The notes under the pieces are model-generated. The model saw only the letters and a program-made list of their open reading frames with translations, did not search any database and had not been told where the DNA came from. Below are positions 30,601 to 32,000 of a DNA stretch of 32,000 bases, one piece after another. The position numbers were made by a program, and so were the translations under genes. The stretch comes from Aeromonas phage Akh-2. Every line of letters begins with the position of its first letter. Positions within the stretch are counted from its first letter, which is position 1. The stretch lies in sequence record MK318083.1, one strand, 5' to 3'.

Positions 30601-31506
30601 TTAGACGCCTTGGCCGATCAGCTCTTTGGCTTCTTCTGGCAGACCGGCGAACACCTGATCGATCATCTTCTCAACGTTGAGATACTTGTCAGCACCATCA
30701 GTAATGGCAGCGGTCAGCATCAGATCCGCAGCCTTGGCGATCTTGTCACGGCTGGGGCCAGCGGGGATGAATTCAGTTGCGGAAACCAGACCGATAGCGA
30801 TCACGGCAGGGGCGACAGGGTGATCCAGATAGCCCCGCAGCATCATCGGCGCTTTGGCCTTGGCAGCTTTCAGAGCGGCAGCGTTCAGGGCCTTACCAGC
30901 TTGCAGGCTGGCGGCGGTCATGGTGGCGGATTTGGCGCGGGCAACGATGGCGGTTACTTTGGTTTGGGCTTGGGATTGGCTCATTTCATATACTCCAGTT
31001 TGGGGGTTCAGGGTGAGATTTGCAGCGGCAGCAGCGGCAGCAGCAGGGGCCACCAGCAGGGATACGGAATCAAAAACTCGGGAAAGGTATTCGTGCCCAA
31101 TCTGGCGGTCGGTACGGCTACCACGATAAAGGTCACTATCCAGATCCAGATCCCCCCGCATTTTAGCTCGCAGGGTATCATGATCGTTCAGGTCGATGTG
31201 AACAGCCGTAAATTTATCTTTACAGAGGTTCACGTTACCTTGACGCAACTTAACATCGTCCCCTTCGTCACACGTCAGACGATAGGAGCACTCTGTAAAG
31301 AAGTCGTCACGGCTACCCCAGATCATGGCGCGGTTGCATTCGGTACGCCAGATGATGATATAGGGGCCGTTGTTGCTGGTATAACCGAGGTCGCTGGTAT
31401 TGAGGCGGATGATCACGGCCTCCAGCTCATTAAGCTCCCCTATAACTTCATAGGCAGTCGTCCGGCCTTCCATAAATCTTTGTACTACAGAATAAACGCT
31501 ACTCAT
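30601..31506 (-). CDS. Hypothetical protein, 301 aa, with central poly-Ala linker (standard code)
   Basis: MSSVYSVVQRFMEGRTTAYEVIGELNELEAVIIRLNTSDLGY...SLLVAPAAAAAAAANLTLNPQTGVYEMSQSQAQ...; AGGAGAAAGG RBS. Confidence 0.65.
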   Translation of the reverse strand: MSSVYSVVQRFMEGRTTAYEVIGELNELEAVIIRLNTSDLGYTSNNGPYIIIWRTECNRAMIWGSRDDFFTECSYRLTCDEGDDVKLRQGNVNLCKDKFTAVHIDLNDHDTLRAKMRGDLDLDSDLYRGSRTDRQIGHEYLSRVFDSVSLLVAPAAAAAAAANLTLNPQTGVYEMSQSQAQTKVTAIVARAKSATMTAASLQAGKALNAAALKAAKAKAPMMLRGYLDHPVAPAVIAIGLVSATEFIPAGPSRDKIAKAADLMLTAAITDGADKYLNVEKMIDQVFAGLPEEAKELIGQGV

Positions 31507-31565
31507 TTATCCTTTCTCCTTTTGGGATTAGGGGCTAGAACAGTCTAGCCCCTTGTGACGGGTAA

Positions 31566-32000
31566 TCAGGCTTCCAGATCCTCATTACCAATCGGGCGGC
31601 CTTGCAGCAGGGCCAGCAGGGCCAGCAGGGCGGGACGGCCTGCATGTTCCAGACTGCCGAAAATCTCGGCAGCGTTGTCGCCCACGGTCGGGTCTTTCTT
31701 GACCACTTCATCAGAGATCATGCTGGCGAGCACCAGCTTTTTCTGACGGGTTTGGCCGGTGGTGCCAGCGGTAGATTTCGCTTCGCCCTTGATGTAAACC
31801 TGCATTTGGGCCAGTTTCTGGCGAACAGAACGAGCCGAGGCCGCACCGACTTCGGTGGCGAGATTCGACAGAAACTCGTTGCTGTTGGCGGTGTCTACCT
31901 TGTCCCCGTCTTTTTCGACTTGGGCCAGATAGGCGGCGCTCACTACAGCGGCGTTTTCTTCGTTCCATTTGAAGGCTTTAGGGGCAGTTGCTTTAGTCAT
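31566..32000 (-). CDS. Hypothetical phage protein, 144 aa; start codon coincides with the window edge (standard code)
   Basis: MTKATAPKAFKWNEENAAVVSAAYLAQVEKDGDKVDTANSNEFLSNLATEVGAASARSVRQKLAQMQVYIKGEAK...; TGA stop. May extend beyond the window. Confidence 0.6.
   Translation of the reverse strand: MTKATAPKAFKWNEENAAVVSAAYLAQVEKDGDKVDTANSNEFLSNLATEVGAASARSVRQKLAQMQVYIKGEAKSTAGTTGQTRQKKLVLASMISDEVVKKDPTVGDNAAEIFGSLEHAGRPALLALLALLQGRPIGNEDLEA

Noticed and set aside
29571-31548. Long plus-strand ORFs (29571-30545, 324 aa; 30610-31548, 312 aa; 29079-29564)
   Set aside because: They are antisense to convincing minus-strand genes with RBSs and motifs; typical spurious long ORFs in GC-rich DNA.
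31601-31629. Short GGCCAGCAG tandem repeats near 31.6 kb considered as a regulatory repeat
   Set aside because: In-frame coding repeat (ALLALLALLQ) near the C-terminus of the 144-aa ORF; too short to call anything else.
1-32000. Search for a suppressor tRNA (CUA anticodon) or other RNA genes in this window
   Set aside because: No convincing cloverleaf was recognised in the few intergenic gaps; coding density is very high. The tRNA is expected elsewhere in the genome or in the host.

Overview
The window holds two different blocks. Block 1 (about 1-27,610) is the late gene module of a tailed siphovirus-like phage. Almost all of it lies on the minus strand: terS, terL, OMP-like protein, HNH, portal, small ORF, prohead protease, HK97-type major capsid protein, head-tail connector, tail genes, overlapping tail chaperone-like ORFs, tape measure, tip protein, giant S74 tail fibre, GH108 endolysin. 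The C-terminus of a dUTPase enters on the plus strand at the left edge. Under the standard code the minus strand looks shattered. Reading TAG as glutamine (TAA and TGA remain stops) restores about 25 full-length genes with recognisable motifs and ribosome-binding sites. This matches genetic code 15-type amber reassignment. It is visible in nearly every late gene, including the endolysin, terminase and portal; the major capsid gene carries only one TAG. Block 2 (about 27,900-32,000) is more GC-rich and reads cleanly in the standard code. It encodes a HAD-like hydrolase, a calcineurin-like phosphoesterase and unknown proteins. It is either a mosaic or early module of the same phage, or an assembly chimera. 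Coordinates come from manual frame tracking and no database search was run. Long recoded CDSs were checked most closely in the tip protein, tail fibre and terL regions.
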